A program made the position numbers and the translations under genes. A DNA stretch of 64,000 bases, taken from assembly GCA_002336805.1 (NCBI GenBank), contig DDEZ01000002.1:32631-96630 (forward strand), given 5' to 3'. Shown here in pieces: positions 1 through 9,467 of this stretch (its first letter is position 1; each line of letters begins with the position of its first letter). The notes under the pieces are model-generated. The model was not told where the DNA came from, ran no database searches, and worked only from the letters and a program-made list of their open reading frames with translations. The stretch comes from Bacteroidetes bacterium UBA1941. Lineage in GTDB: Bacteria; Bacteroidota; Bacteroidia; Chitinophagales; LD1.

Positions 1-106
1 TGGGGTCTGTATTGAGTTTGTCGAATCCCTTGGTGCAAGCGGATAATGCAAAGAGCACACCCACAGCACTCAGGACGATGAGACTTTTTATAGTTATCTT
101 TTTCAT
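1..106 (-). CDS. SusD/RagB-family outer-membrane lipoprotein, N-terminal fragment (gene continues beyond the window)
   Basis: Not in the ORF track. The reverse complement from 106 reads MKKITIKSLIVLSAVGVLFALSACTKGFDKLNTDP, a lipoprotein signal peptide with a lipobox Cys. It starts 23 nt after the SusC-like stop, which is the classical susC-susD order. Confidence 0.6.
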   Translation of the reverse strand, partial: MKKITIKSLIVLSAVGVLFALSACTKGFDKLNTDP

Positions 107-129
107 TTTCTTGACTGTTTGGGGGTTAA

Positions 130-3100
130 TTAAAATTTCACGCTTACATTAAAACCGATAGACCTTTCAGTCGGCTTTGAGCCACCTTCAAATCCCTGTA
201 CGTTGCCAGCATTTGTCGCTGACTCAGGATCTACGTTTGGCACGTTCTTTTTCAGGATGGCCAGGTTGCGCCCTATGATACCGACTGATACCCCCCTGAT
301 AGGTGTATTGGTAAATAGCTTAGACGGCAGCTGGTACATCAGCCTCAGCTCGCGAAATTTGACAAAAGATGCGTCATAAACATTCTGTCTCGCTGGGCCG
401 AAGTATCCATTACCTGTGCCGTTTTGATAGTAATCTATCGCTGATACACGTACATCGTTTGGTGTACCATCGCTAGTAGGATTGCCAGTGACGGGATCTG
501 TACCTGTCTGCTTCACCCCCGGTACTATCAGGCCTGTCTCACGTACATTGTTGGCTGCAGTGATAGCCAGTGTGCCATCGTACTGACCCCACATATTGGT
601 GATAGAGAATAGCTTGCCGCCTTTCTGGAAGTCAAAGAGTGCATAGAGAGAAAGGCCCTTATACGAGAGGGTGGTAGATACCCCTCCGGTAAAGTCCGGC
701 AGGATCGAGCCGAGTGGCTTTACCGTAGGAGAAACCAGGTACTGGCCATCTGACCCGACGATCTTATTACCCTTGGAATCATAGACAAAGTCTGTGGCTA
801 CGATCTGTCCATAAGGCAAGCCCGGGCGCACCTCCAGCGTAGCAGCAAACGGTGCGGTACCGAGGTTGAGGCTTGTCACCTCATTGCCAGCGGCATCTTT
901 ATACAGTTCCTTTACCGTGTTGTAGTTCTTTGCCCAGTTGAATCCAATACTCCACTCAAAACCTTTTTTGGTCCTGACAGGCACAAAGGTAGTAGCGAGT
1001 TCTACGCCCTGGTTTTGCAGCGTACCAGCATTGGTATAGCGGTAAGCATTGCCTGCAGCTCCGCTCACCTCCACAGGGAAGATGTTGTCCTTCGTCACAG
1101 TATGATAGAAGGCAGCATCAATCTTTACCCTGTCTTGCAGGAATCCGAGCTCGAGGCCCACCTCCCATGAGGTTACCTTTTCCGGCTTGAGGCTTGGATT
1201 GTTAAATGTATTAGGCACGACGTACATTGGGAAGGAACCATAGCTAGGTCCCACTTGTGGTAGTGTAGATGTTTTATATGGTGCCGGATCATTCTGAGCT
1301 ACGGTCCATCCGCCGCGTATCTTGCCAAAGCTAAGCACTTTCTTGTTTTTCAGCAGCTCGCTGAATACAAAGCTACCTGATACTGACGGGTAGAAGAAGG
1401 TCATTTTATTGGATGGAATGGTAGGTGAGTACAGTGAAGATGACCAGTCATTACGCATGGTCACATCTATGTATACCATATGCTTGAATCCCAGTGACAA
1501 GCTACCGAATACTGAGTTTACTCTTTTCTGATAACGGTAGTTGTTTACTGCTATCTTATCCTTTGAGTTTTCCAGCATATACCATCCAGGGATATTGATA
1601 CCGCCCTGAGTGGCGCTGAGATTGTCCCTGTAGTTTTGGTCACGCCTGTTCATACCTATCATAGCAGAGATATCAAAAACATCACGGAAGGCCTTCTGCG
1701 CAGTGAGTGTACCCTCGTAGTTGTTTTCCATCACCGCTATCTGCTCCAGGCTATAGCCCGGTGTGCTACCGCTGGCGGTAGCAGCACCTACCGCTACACG
1801 TTCTTCCCTGATTTCATTGTAGAAGTCAGTAGTGAATTTGCCCTTGGCGGTGAGCCATGAGGTGAGCTTCCAGCCCAGCTCCGCTACACCAAAGACGCGG
1901 TCACGGTGGTCGTTTTCATAGTTCTCATATTGCCTCCAGTATGGATTGTCCCAGAAGTATGGGCTATAAGTACCTAGAAAATTTCCGGCGTCATCATAGT
2001 TTGGAGCGAGGTTCCAGGCCCTTTGGGTGCCATCTGGGTTCTTATAATTTCTCAGGTCCTTGATATCCAGCTGGCGCTGAAACCACTGCGTGAAGTTTGA
2101 GAAGATACTATTGTATCCTACCTGTGGTCTGCCTGTGCCCTCGTTGTGCACGTAGGTAGCGGTGACATTTGCGTAGATCTTATCCGTAAAATTGTAATTG
2201 CCGCTAAAGCTGATCGTATTCCTTTTCAGATTTGAATTTGGAACTGTACCCTTCTGTGTCAGGTTTGAGAATGACGCTCGGAAGCCGCCCTTGTCATTGG
2301 CTCCATCGAATGCGACGTTGGTATTGGCCATATAGCCTTTCTCAAAGAAGTCCTTTACGTTATTAGGGTGAGCTATATACGGAGTGGCCTTGCCGTAGGT
2401 AGGATCTGTGGGATTGTAGCTGCCATACTGTCTGACCAGCCTGCCATCTATCTTTGGCCCCCAGCTGGCATCATCCTCCAGGCGCACACGCTGCTGGGTA
2501 GGATCAGTCTCATCTGGCACGAATGATGGTCCGTAGCCTCCACCATATTCATTTTGATAATTCGGCAGGGCGTATACTTCGCTAAACATCATGTTTTCTG
2601 TCACCGTCACGCCTATAGGAGATTTGCCTTTCTCACCGGCTTTCTTGGTTCCCTTCTTTGTCGTGATGAGGATCACACCGTTGATACCACGGTTGCCGTA
2701 GAGGGCAGTGGCTGGACCGCCTTTGAGTACGTTGATAGTCTCTATATCATCAGCATTGAGGTCAGATACCGCATTGCCATAGTCATAGCCCTGAGCACCA
2801 CGGTCTACGTCTACTGTTGAGATGTTAGAGTTATCTACTACGATACCGTCTATGACAAAGAGGGGTTGATTATTACCGGTCAGGGATTTGATACCGCGTA
2901 TAGTGATGCGCGATGAGCCCCCTATATTGCTATTGCCACTGATCTGCACACCTGCTACTTTGCCTGAGAGGTTATTGATGAGGTTAGCATCTTTTGATGT
3001 ATTGATATCATCTCCTTTGATTTCCTGTGTGGCATAGCCGAGGGCCTTCTTTTCACGCTTCACGCCGAGGGCTGTCACTACTACATCATCCAGTTGTTTT

Positions 3101-3393
3101 TCATTTTCATCCAGTACTATATCCAGCACGAGCCCCGTGATGGTGACAGTTTTGGATTTCATACCCGTATAGGATACGACCAGGGTGGTAGCATTGTCAG
3201 GCACCTGCAGGCTGTACTTGCCGTCGATATCGGAGGTGGTCCCGATAGTAGTTTTCTCGACTAGCACCACGGCGCCGATCACTGGTTGTTTGTCTTTGGC
3301 AGACGTGACCACGCCCGTTATAGTACGTTGACTATAAGCAAATTGGACAGACGCGATCAGTATGACAAAGACGGAGAGTAGCTTTTGCTTCAT
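130..3393 (-). CDS. SusC/RagA-family TonB-dependent outer-membrane receptor
   Basis: 1087 aa. It has a signal peptide, an N-terminal carboxypeptidase-regulatory-like domain (TITGVVTSAKDKQPVIGAVVLVEKTTIGTTSDIDGKYSL), a plug region (DVVVTALGVKREKKALGYATQEIKGDDI), a long beta-barrel and a C-terminal aromatic residue (VSVKF). Confidence 0.9.
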   Translation of the reverse strand: MKQKLLSVFVILIASVQFAYSQRTITGVVTSAKDKQPVIGAVVLVEKTTIGTTSDIDGKYSLQVPDNATTLVVSYTGMKSKTVTITGLVLDIVLDENEKQLDDVVVTALGVKREKKALGYATQEIKGDDINTSKDANLINNLSGKVAGVQISGNSNIGGSSRITIRGIKSLTGNNQPLFVIDGIVVDNSNISTVDVDRGAQGYDYGNAVSDLNADDIETINVLKGGPATALYGNRGINGVILITTKKGTKKAGEKGKSPIGVTVTENMMFSEVYALPNYQNEYGGGYGPSFVPDETDPTQQRVRLEDDASWGPKIDGRLVRQYGSYNPTDPTYGKATPYIAHPNNVKDFFEKGYMANTNVAFDGANDKGGFRASFSNLTQKGTVPNSNLKRNTISFSGNYNFTDKIYANVTATYVHNEGTGRPQVGYNSIFSNFTQWFQRQLDIKDLRNYKNPDGTQRAWNLAPNYDDAGNFLGTYSPYFWDNPYWRQYENYENDHRDRVFGVAELGWKLTSWLTAKGKFTTDFYNEIREERVAVGAATASGSTPGYSLEQIAVMENNYEGTLTAQKAFRDVFDISAMIGMNRRDQNYRDNLSATQGGINIPGWYMLENSKDKIAVNNYRYQKRVNSVFGSLSLGFKHMVYIDVTMRNDWSSSLYSPTIPSNKMTFFYPSVSGSFVFSELLKNKKVLSFGKIRGGWTVAQNDPAPYKTSTLPQVGPSYGSFPMYVVPNTFNNPSLKPEKVTSWEVGLELGFLQDRVKIDAAFYHTVTKDNIFPVEVSGAAGNAYRYTNAGTLQNQGVELATTFVPVRTKKGFEWSIGFNWAKNYNTVKELYKDAAGNEVTSLNLGTAPFAATLEVRPGLPYGQIVATDFVYDSKGNKIVGSDGQYLVSPTVKPLGSILPDFTGGVSTTLSYKGLSLYALFDFQKGGKLFSITNMWGQYDGTLAITAANNVRETGLIVPGVKQTGTDPVTGNPTSDGTPNDVRVSAIDYYQNGTGNGYFGPARQNVYDASFVKFRELRLMYQLPSKLFTNTPIRGVSVGIIGRNLAILKKNVPNVDPESATNAGNVQGFEGGSKPTERSIGFNVSVKF

Positions 3394-3614
3394 ACTTGTT
3401 TCGTTTAGATTAAGAAATAATGAATAGGATCACTTTCACCAAAGATAATATGCTAAAAGGACTTGTTATATAATTTTAACAGAAATACAATGCGCGACAG
3501 ATATTTTTTACGCAGCCGTGACCGGCTTATTCCCAGTCCCATAGGTGCACATTGTTCTGTTTATAAGTCACCACAGCACTACCCGCCTTTAGTCTTTCAT
3601 TTGTTTGGGATATC

Positions 3615-5066
3615 ATGAGCAGTGTCATTATTTTATCTATCGTAGCCATCTACTTTGCGGCGCTGCTGGTCATAGCGTGGGTCACCTCACGCGGTGCCGG
3701 CAATAGCCACTTCTTTATAGGTCAGCGGGATAGCCGGTGGTACCTGGTGGCCTATGGCATGATAGGGACGTCACTATCCGGAGTCACCTTTATGAGCGTA
3801 CCGGGCAAGGTACACGCAGATCATTTCTTCTATTTTCAGTTGATAGCGGGCAACTTCGTCGGTTATATGATCGTGGCCTTTGTGCTGCTGCCCCTCTACT
3901 ACAGGCTCCACCTCACCTCTATATACAGCTATCTGGGAGAGCGGTTTGGCAGGGTCAGCCACAGGACCGGCACTTCTTTCTTCCTGCTATCGCGCACGCT
4001 GGGGGCGTCAGCGCGCATCTATCTGGTGCTCAATGTACTGCAAGTCTTTATCCTGAATCAGTGGGGAGTACCCTTTGTAGTGACGGCAGGGGTCATACTG
4101 GTCATGATATTGCTCTACACCTTTCAGGGTGGGGTGAAAACCATCGTATGGACAGATACCCTGCAGACCACCTTTATGCTGCTGGCGCTGGTCATGACCA
4201 TCTGGTACATCTGCGATGGGCTAGGCCTATCTGCGGGAGCCCTGATGGGCAGGCTGTCCGCACGGGGTGACATACAGGTGATCAATACCGACTGGCGGTC
4301 ACCGTCCTTTTTTATCAAGCAGGTACTGTCCGGCATCTTTATCTCCGTAGCTATGATGGGCCTGGACCAGGAGATGATGCAAAAGAACATCTCAGTGAAG
4401 ACACTAGGCGATGCTCAAAAGAACATGGTCGTCTTTAGCGTGATCCTGATCGCGGTCAATCTGCTCTTCCTCACGCTGGGCGGGGCGCTCTACCTGTATC
4501 TCGATAACCACCCGCTGCCCGATATGCCTATGGGAGATGCGGTCTTCCCCACGGTTGCACTGCGTCTGCTGCCTCCTGTAGCGGGCCTGCTCTTTATCCT
4601 CGGGCTGATATCGGCCCTATTCCCCAGTGCAGATGGGGCCATCACAGCGTTGACATCCTCCTTTTGCATAGATATACTGGACCTCAATAACCAATCACGG
4701 ACAGAAGATCAAAAGACACTTACCCGCAAGACGGTACACCTCAGCGTAGCCGTCGTCTTCCTGGTGTGTATCCTGGTCTTCAAATGGATAGATACTAAGT
4801 CTGTGATAGATGTGATCCTGAAGATAGCCGGCTACACCTATGGACCGCTGGTAGCATTGTTTGGCCTGGGCCTATACTCACGCCGAAGGCTGACAGAGAA
4901 GTGGGTGCCGGTGGTGTGCATCGCATCTCCTATGATCACTTTTATCGTAGATAAGTATTCTAAAGAAATATTTGGCGGCTACCAGATGGGATTTGAGTCC
5001 GCCTTCGTCAATGTAGTGATCACACTACTAGGACTATTATTGATCAGTAAAAAAGAAAGTAAATGA
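3615..5066 (+). CDS. sodium:solute symporter (SSF) family transporter
   Basis: 483 aa and highly hydrophobic, with about 12-13 predicted helices. The N-terminus is SSF-like (FFIGQRDSRWYLVAYGMIGTSLSGVTFMSVPG). The substrate cannot be told from the sequence. Confidence 0.75.
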   Translation: MSSVIILSIVAIYFAALLVIAWVTSRGAGNSHFFIGQRDSRWYLVAYGMIGTSLSGVTFMSVPGKVHADHFFYFQLIAGNFVGYMIVAFVLLPLYYRLHLTSIYSYLGERFGRVSHRTGTSFFLLSRTLGASARIYLVLNVLQVFILNQWGVPFVVTAGVILVMILLYTFQGGVKTIVWTDTLQTTFMLLALVMTIWYICDGLGLSAGALMGRLSARGDIQVINTDWRSPSFFIKQVLSGIFISVAMMGLDQEMMQKNISVKTLGDAQKNMVVFSVILIAVNLLFLTLGGALYLYLDNHPLPDMPMGDAVFPTVALRLLPPVAGLLFILGLISALFPSADGAITALTSSFCIDILDLNNQSRTEDQKTLTRKTVHLSVAVVFLVCILVFKWIDTKSVIDVILKIAGYTYGPLVALFGLGLYSRRRLTEKWVPVVCIASPMITFIVDKYSKEIFGGYQMGFESAFVNVVITLLGLLLISKKESK

Positions 5067-5737
5067 AAGACAAGAAGTGGACGGCCCATCATGGGGATGC
5101 GGCCTGGAGGATGTTTAAGATCATGGCAGAATTTGCAGATGGCTTTGACCGTATGGAGCGCTTTGGGCCCTGCATTTCTATATTCGGTTCTGCGCGTACA
5201 CGCGAGGAAAACCCGTATTATGACCTGACGGTCAAAACTGCCGAGAAGCTGGGTAAAGAGGGCTATGGCATCATCACCGGTGGTGGCCCGGGCATCATGG
5301 AGGCGGGCAACCGTGGCGCCTACAATGTAAAAGCAAAATCAGTGGGCCTGCACATCGTATTGCCAAAAGAAGAAGCGGCCAATAAGTATGTGGACCAGAA
5401 TAAGATCTTCATGTTCCGGTACTTTTTTGCACGCAAGGTGATGTTCATCAAGTATGCGCAGGCCTTCGTCTATATGCCGGGGGGCTTCGGTACGATGGAT
5501 GAGTTGTTTGAAGTGATGACGCTGGTACAGACCCGCAAGATAGCCCGCGTGCCGATCATACTGATGGGCAAGAGCTACTGGAGCGGCCTCATAGACTGGA
5601 TCAAGAGCACCATGCTCACCGAGCGCAATATCAATGCAGAGGACCTGGACCTCTTCCACGTCACAGACGATCCGGATGAGGTGGTGAAGATCATCCGAGC
5701 GCACTACAAGAAGGCAGAGCTAAAGCCTAACTTCTAG
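5063..5737 (+). CDS. LOG / TIGR00730-family Rossmann-fold protein (putative nucleotide 5'-monophosphate nucleosidase)
   Basis: 224 aa with the LOG hallmark motifs GGGPGIMEAGNRGA and PGGFGTMDELFE. Its ATG overlaps the symporter stop (ATGA at 5063-5066). Confidence 0.85.
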   Translation: MKDKKWTAHHGDAAWRMFKIMAEFADGFDRMERFGPCISIFGSARTREENPYYDLTVKTAEKLGKEGYGIITGGGPGIMEAGNRGAYNVKAKSVGLHIVLPKEEAANKYVDQNKIFMFRYFFARKVMFIKYAQAFVYMPGGFGTMDELFEVMTLVQTRKIARVPIILMGKSYWSGLIDWIKSTMLTERNINAEDLDLFHVTDDPDEVVKIIRAHYKKAELKPNF

Positions 5738-5823
5738 GCCGTACTGCCATTTTTCTGTCACATTGTTTTCATAGCCTTCACGCTGCGGATGGTGTGTGCT
5801 ACATTTATAGGAAACTCACCACT

Positions 5824-6588
5824 ATGAAGCACAAACTACACCTCACTATCCCCACTCCCTGCCACGAGCGCTGGGACGAGATGACGCCCACAGACCGGGG
5901 CGCCTTCTGTCATAGCTGTAGGAAGGAAGTCATTGATTTCTCCGCCATGACCGATGCAGATGTGATACGCTGGCTAGAGCAGCATAATACCGCCTGTGGC
6001 CGCTTTCGCGCAGACCAGCTGGACCGCGATATGAGTTTGCCCCTAGTAAATAATAGCCCGCTGCGCTGGAAAGTATTGCTCATGAGCATGCTGCCGGCCT
6101 TCTCCCTCACTCCGCTCGCTGCACGTGCTGTACTGCCCGCGCCGATGGATCAGATGCCGCAAAAAAGTAAAGCTGATACAGCTACCGCAAAAGTAGACAC
6201 GACCACATCGGCCTGCGACACAACACTTATAGGCGTTTGCGGAAAAGTATTGGACGAAAACGGCGAAGGCCTGATAGGAGCCACAGTACAGATCACCGAC
6301 GATCAAGGCAAAACAACCGGTCAAGGCTGTGCCGCAGACCTTGATGGCAATTTCACTATCCCACTACAGCAGCCAGATACAGTAAATCTGAAAGTGACCA
6401 GCATTGGCTATGAGACCCAACTATTGATACGGATACCGGCAGGCCATCCCTATATTGTTTTTAAGATGAAGCCGATGCCAGCGACTACCGGGGAGATCAT
6501 AATGGTAGGAGGCTTGGTAGGTCACCGCCCTACTACAGCTCAAAGGATCAAGTGGTGGTTTCGCCGTACCTTTCACCACAGGGGTTAA
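5824..6588 (+). CDS. membrane protein with a Cys-rich N-terminal module, one TM helix and a carboxypeptidase-regulatory-like C-terminal domain
   Basis: The N-terminus reads [36 protein letters not shown]...CGRFR. A hydrophobic helix (WKVLLMSMLPAFSLTPLAA) follows, then GKVLDENGEGLIGATVQITDDQGKTTG...DGNFTIPL. I place the start at the ATG at 5824 rather than the track start at 5794. Confidence 0.7.
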   Translation: MKHKLHLTIPTPCHERWDEMTPTDRGAFCHSCRKEVIDFSAMTDADVIRWLEQHNTACGRFRADQLDRDMSLPLVNNSPLRWKVLLMSMLPAFSLTPLAARAVLPAPMDQMPQKSKADTATAKVDTTTSACDTTLIGVCGKVLDENGEGLIGATVQITDDQGKTTGQGCAADLDGNFTIPLQQPDTVNLKVTSIGYETQLLIRIPAGHPYIVFKMKPMPATTGEIIMVGGLVGHRPTTAQRIKWWFRRTFHHRG

Positions 6589-6660
6589 AAAAGGCTAATT
6601 AAGGCTTGTCGTTTCTGCCGAAGCGTTTGGGCTTGTGTATCTTCGGGTAAACCCGCAGCC

Positions 6661-7320
6661 ATGAAACGGTCCTCTCTATACATTTCTATCCCTACTCCCT
6701 GCCATGAACGGTGGGAAGCTATGACGGCTACAGACCGTGGGGCTTTCTGCCAGAACTGTAGCACGGAGGTCGTAGATTTCAGCGCCATGACAGATAGTGA
6801 GCTGCTGTCGTTTTTTGCCGGAGGCAAAACGGGCTGCGGCAGATTCCGCACAGACCAGGTGGGTGTGCCTATCACATCATCGGTGCTGCATAATGGACCC
6901 ACGAGATGGCGTGCGGTATTCTTTTCGTTGCTGCCCTTTTTATCTCTACGAGTTGCGGCCACTCCTGACCAGTATCGTCGGGACCTTGTGGCGACAGATA
7001 TGACCATGCACCCGCAGCCACTGGCCACTCACACTACCCAGCTCCCCCTCATCACAGAGGTAGAAAGAGAGCCGGTCCATGCAGACACGACTGTCTACAT
7101 GCCTGAGGTGACAGCAGTAGGAGCTGCTAACCATTTAGTATTAGGTCTTATCATTCAAGGCATTGACCTGCCTCCGCTGCCAGAGGCAGATGGCCATACG
7201 CCACATCGCCGAGGCCACGCCACACAGTTCCTCTCACCAAAGAAAGAGCGTAAGCATTGGTTGCGGCGCTTTCTACGACTGAGTAGTGTCAAGATGCGGC
7301 TATCCGGTCTATCGCCTTAG
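6661..7320 (+). CDS. paralogue of the upstream Cys-rich membrane protein, lacking the carboxypeptidase-regulatory-like domain
   Basis: The N-terminus reads [36 protein letters not shown]...CGRFR, followed by a TM helix ([14 protein letters not shown]). The basic C-terminal tail resembles the paralogue (HWLRRFLR versus KWWFRRTF). The 3' end overlaps the convergent dehydratase gene by 32 nt, so the true end is uncertain. Confidence 0.55.
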   Translation: MKRSSLYISIPTPCHERWEAMTATDRGAFCQNCSTEVVDFSAMTDSELLSFFAGGKTGCGRFRTDQVGVPITSSVLHNGPTRWRAVFFSLLPFLSLRVAATPDQYRRDLVATDMTMHPQPLATHTTQLPLITEVEREPVHADTTVYMPEVTAVGAANHLVLGLIIQGIDLPPLPEADGHTPHRRGHATQFLSPKKERKHWLRRFLRLSSVKMRLSGLSP

Positions 7321-7528
7321 CCAGCTCGCGGTCTTTGTCCGTCACTATATCGCCGGCATCGTGGGTGCTGAGTTTGAAAGAGACTTTATTATAGACATTG
7401 GTCCACTCGGGGTGGTGGTCCATCTCATCGGCTATCGCAGCCACCTGCACCATAAAGGCAAATGCCTCCTTGAAATCCTTAAACTCAAAGGTGCGGGTCA
7501 GTTTGTTGTTTTCTTCTTTCCAGATCAT
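7289..7528 (-). CDS. 4a-hydroxytetrahydrobiopterin (pterin-4a-carbinolamine) dehydratase
   Basis: 79 aa. [32 protein letters not shown]...[23 protein letters not shown] matches the PCD/DCoH family signature (DHHPE). Confidence 0.85.
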   Translation of the reverse strand: MIWKEENNKLTRTFEFKDFKEAFAFMVQVAAIADEMDHHPEWTNVYNKVSFKLSTHDAGDIVTDKDRELAKAIDRIAAS

Positions 7529-7534
7529 AGAGAA

Positions 7535-7574
7535 GCATTAAGTAGTTAGTAGTAAGTATTAAGACAATGCAAAT
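7535..7574 (-). repeat. repeated 5' leader cassette, copy A (upstream of the pterin dehydratase gene)
   Basis: GCATTAAGTAGTTAGTAGTAAGTATTAAGACAATGCAAAT matches 37427-37467 at about 36 of 41 positions with one gap. It ends 6 nt from the start codon at 7528. Confidence 0.7.
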
Positions 7575-7693
7575 ACTTGTATGGAGTAATGAGTATTGCG
7601 TATTGAGATAATGCAAGCAACAAACTATGTGCCTGATGTGATTTGTATTAAGCCTTACCCTTTGGGAAGGGTTGGATGGGGTGAGGGGCTGTA

Positions 7694-8653
7694 TCAAAAC
7701 ACCTCCCGCGCTATCTCTATGGTCTCGCTGCTGCGGCTCATAGTGTAGTAGTGCAGCACGGGTACGCCGGCTTTCTTCAGCTCCTTAGACTGCTCTATGC
7801 ACCACTTCACGCCTATCTCGCGGGCGGCTTTATCGTCCTTGGCTTTCTCCACCTCATCTACGAGCGCCTCAGGCAGATTGACATGAAAGATGGACGGAAG
7901 CGCCTTGATCTGGCTCTTGCGGTAGATAGGCTTCAGCCCCGGTATGATAGGGACATTGATACCCATCTCACGGCACTTTTTCTCAAAGTCAAAGAAGTAT
8001 TTATTGTCAAAGAAAAACTGCGTTACAATGTAGTCTGCACCCGCATCTACTTTTTCCTTTAGACGTTTGAGGTCAGAGGTCATATTGGGCGCCTCAAAGT
8101 GTTTCTCCGGATAGGCCGCCACACCGATGCAGAAGTCTGTCTTCATCTCATTTTGCGTCTCCTCATGCAGGAAGCGGCCATTGTTCATATTGGCCACCTG
8201 CTTCACCAGGTCAGAGGCATAGTTATAGGCGGCTTTGGCATTTTGCTCCAGCTTCTTAGGGCCTTTGTCTGGGTCACCTTTGAGCAGCAGCAGATTGTGT
8301 ATGCCCAGGTAGTGCAGGGTGAAGAGCGCATCCTCGGTCTCCTCCTTAGTAAAGCCGCCGCAAACGAGGTGCGGCACCGTATCTACGCTAAATTTACCTT
8401 TCAGTGCAGCGCAGATACCTACGGTGCCGGGGCGCTTGCGCAGGGGCACCTCTTCTATCAGGCCGTCTACGCGTTTCTTGTAGATCACCTCCTCCTTGTG
8501 ATAGGTCACATCTATGAACGGTGGCTTAAACTCCATCAGCGGCTCTATGACCGTCTGCAGGTCATCTATGGTCTTGCCCTTTTGCGGGGGCAATACTTCA
8601 AGGGAAAACAAAGTCTTGCCATTGGCATTCTTGATGTGCTCGGTAACTTTCAC
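7694..8653 (-). CDS. metF: methylenetetrahydrofolate reductase
   Basis: 319 aa. It shows the typical MetF N-terminus (FSLEVLPPQKG), FIDVTYH, and a C-terminal TIM-barrel pattern. The start codon is GTG. Confidence 0.9.
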   Translation of the reverse strand: MKVTEHIKNANGKTLFSLEVLPPQKGKTIDDLQTVIEPLMEFKPPFIDVTYHKEEVIYKKRVDGLIEEVPLRKRPGTVGICAALKGKFSVDTVPHLVCGGFTKEETEDALFTLHYLGIHNLLLLKGDPDKGPKKLEQNAKAAYNYASDLVKQVANMNNGRFLHEETQNEMKTDFCIGVAAYPEKHFEAPNMTSDLKRLKEKVDAGADYIVTQFFFDNKYFFDFEKKCREMGINVPIIPGLKPIYRKSQIKALPSIFHVNLPEALVDEVEKAKDDKAAREIGVKWCIEQSKELKKAGVPVLHYYTMSRSSETIEIAREVF

Positions 8654-8717
8654 GTGAGATTTTTAACGGTGCTAATCTATCACAAATCCATATTTTTATC
8701 ATAGAAATCAGCGCGTG

Positions 8718-9464
8718 ATGACAAGACCCCTGCTACTATTTTGCCTTTTAGCCCTTTCAGCATTCTCCTTTGGCCAGTCCCAGTTTTATATAGGGCTCAA
8801 GGGGGGTATAGGTGGCTGCTTCTATCAGTACAATGCCGCATCCACAAATAGCTACGTAATAGGCGGCATCAACTCTACTACCAGGCTCACCTCACGCGGG
8901 CCATCCATACCAGCGGTAGTAGAGCTGATATATAGCATCGGCAAATTTAGAGTGGGCTACCAGTTTGAGTATGAGCGTATACTGACCACAGCCTATACCT
9001 ACAAAACATACAACTCCGCCTACTCTATCTCCGATACGACCATCAATAATCCCAGCATTACCCAGCATTTCTTCTGTCACAACCTGCTGCTGGAGTACCA
9101 GCTCTATACGCACAAGCATCTGCACATAGTGCCTGACCTGAGCTTTGGGTACTTTCATGGCGTATCTGCAGCCACAGAGGCACCATATGACTTCAGCTCG
9201 CTCAATCAAAACCGCTTTAAGATAGGCGTGGCTATGAACTTTGAGTACCAGCTAGGCCAGGTATCTATCGTGGCCACACCACAATATGGACTGGTACCTA
9301 TCAAATCTATCTACGATCCCAATCAGAAAGGCTATATGCACTTTATAGGCCTGCACGTGGGTGTACGCATAGGCTGTATCAAACTGCAGGATCCTGCCGC
9401 GCCCGATGCCAAAAAGAAAAAGAAGAAAAAAGAATACGTCAATCCCGAAGAGGATGACAACTAA
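8718..9464 (+). CDS. outer-membrane beta-barrel (porin-family) protein with a Lys-rich acidic tail
   Basis: It has a signal peptide (LLLFCLLALSAFSFGQ), alternating beta-strand-like segments rich in aromatics and Gly, and the C-terminus DAKKKKKKKEYVNPEEDDN. Confidence 0.55.
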   Translation: MTRPLLLFCLLALSAFSFGQSQFYIGLKGGIGGCFYQYNAASTNSYVIGGINSTTRLTSRGPSIPAVVELIYSIGKFRVGYQFEYERILTTAYTYKTYNSAYSISDTTINNPSITQHFFCHNLLLEYQLYTHKHLHIVPDLSFGYFHGVSAATEAPYDFSSLNQNRFKIGVAMNFEYQLGQVSIVATPQYGLVPIKSIYDPNQKGYMHFIGLHVGVRIGCIKLQDPAAPDAKKKKKKKEYVNPEEDDN

Positions 9465-9467
9465 GCA

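Noticed and set aside
9405-9440. An A-rich tract (AAAAAGAAAAAGAAGAAAAAAGAA) encodes the poly-Lys tail of the porin-like protein. I considered it as a possible slipped-strand phase-variation site.
   Set aside because: The longest uninterrupted A-run is only 6 nt and lies in the last 20 codons, so a frameshift would barely change the protein. There is no evidence for phase variation.
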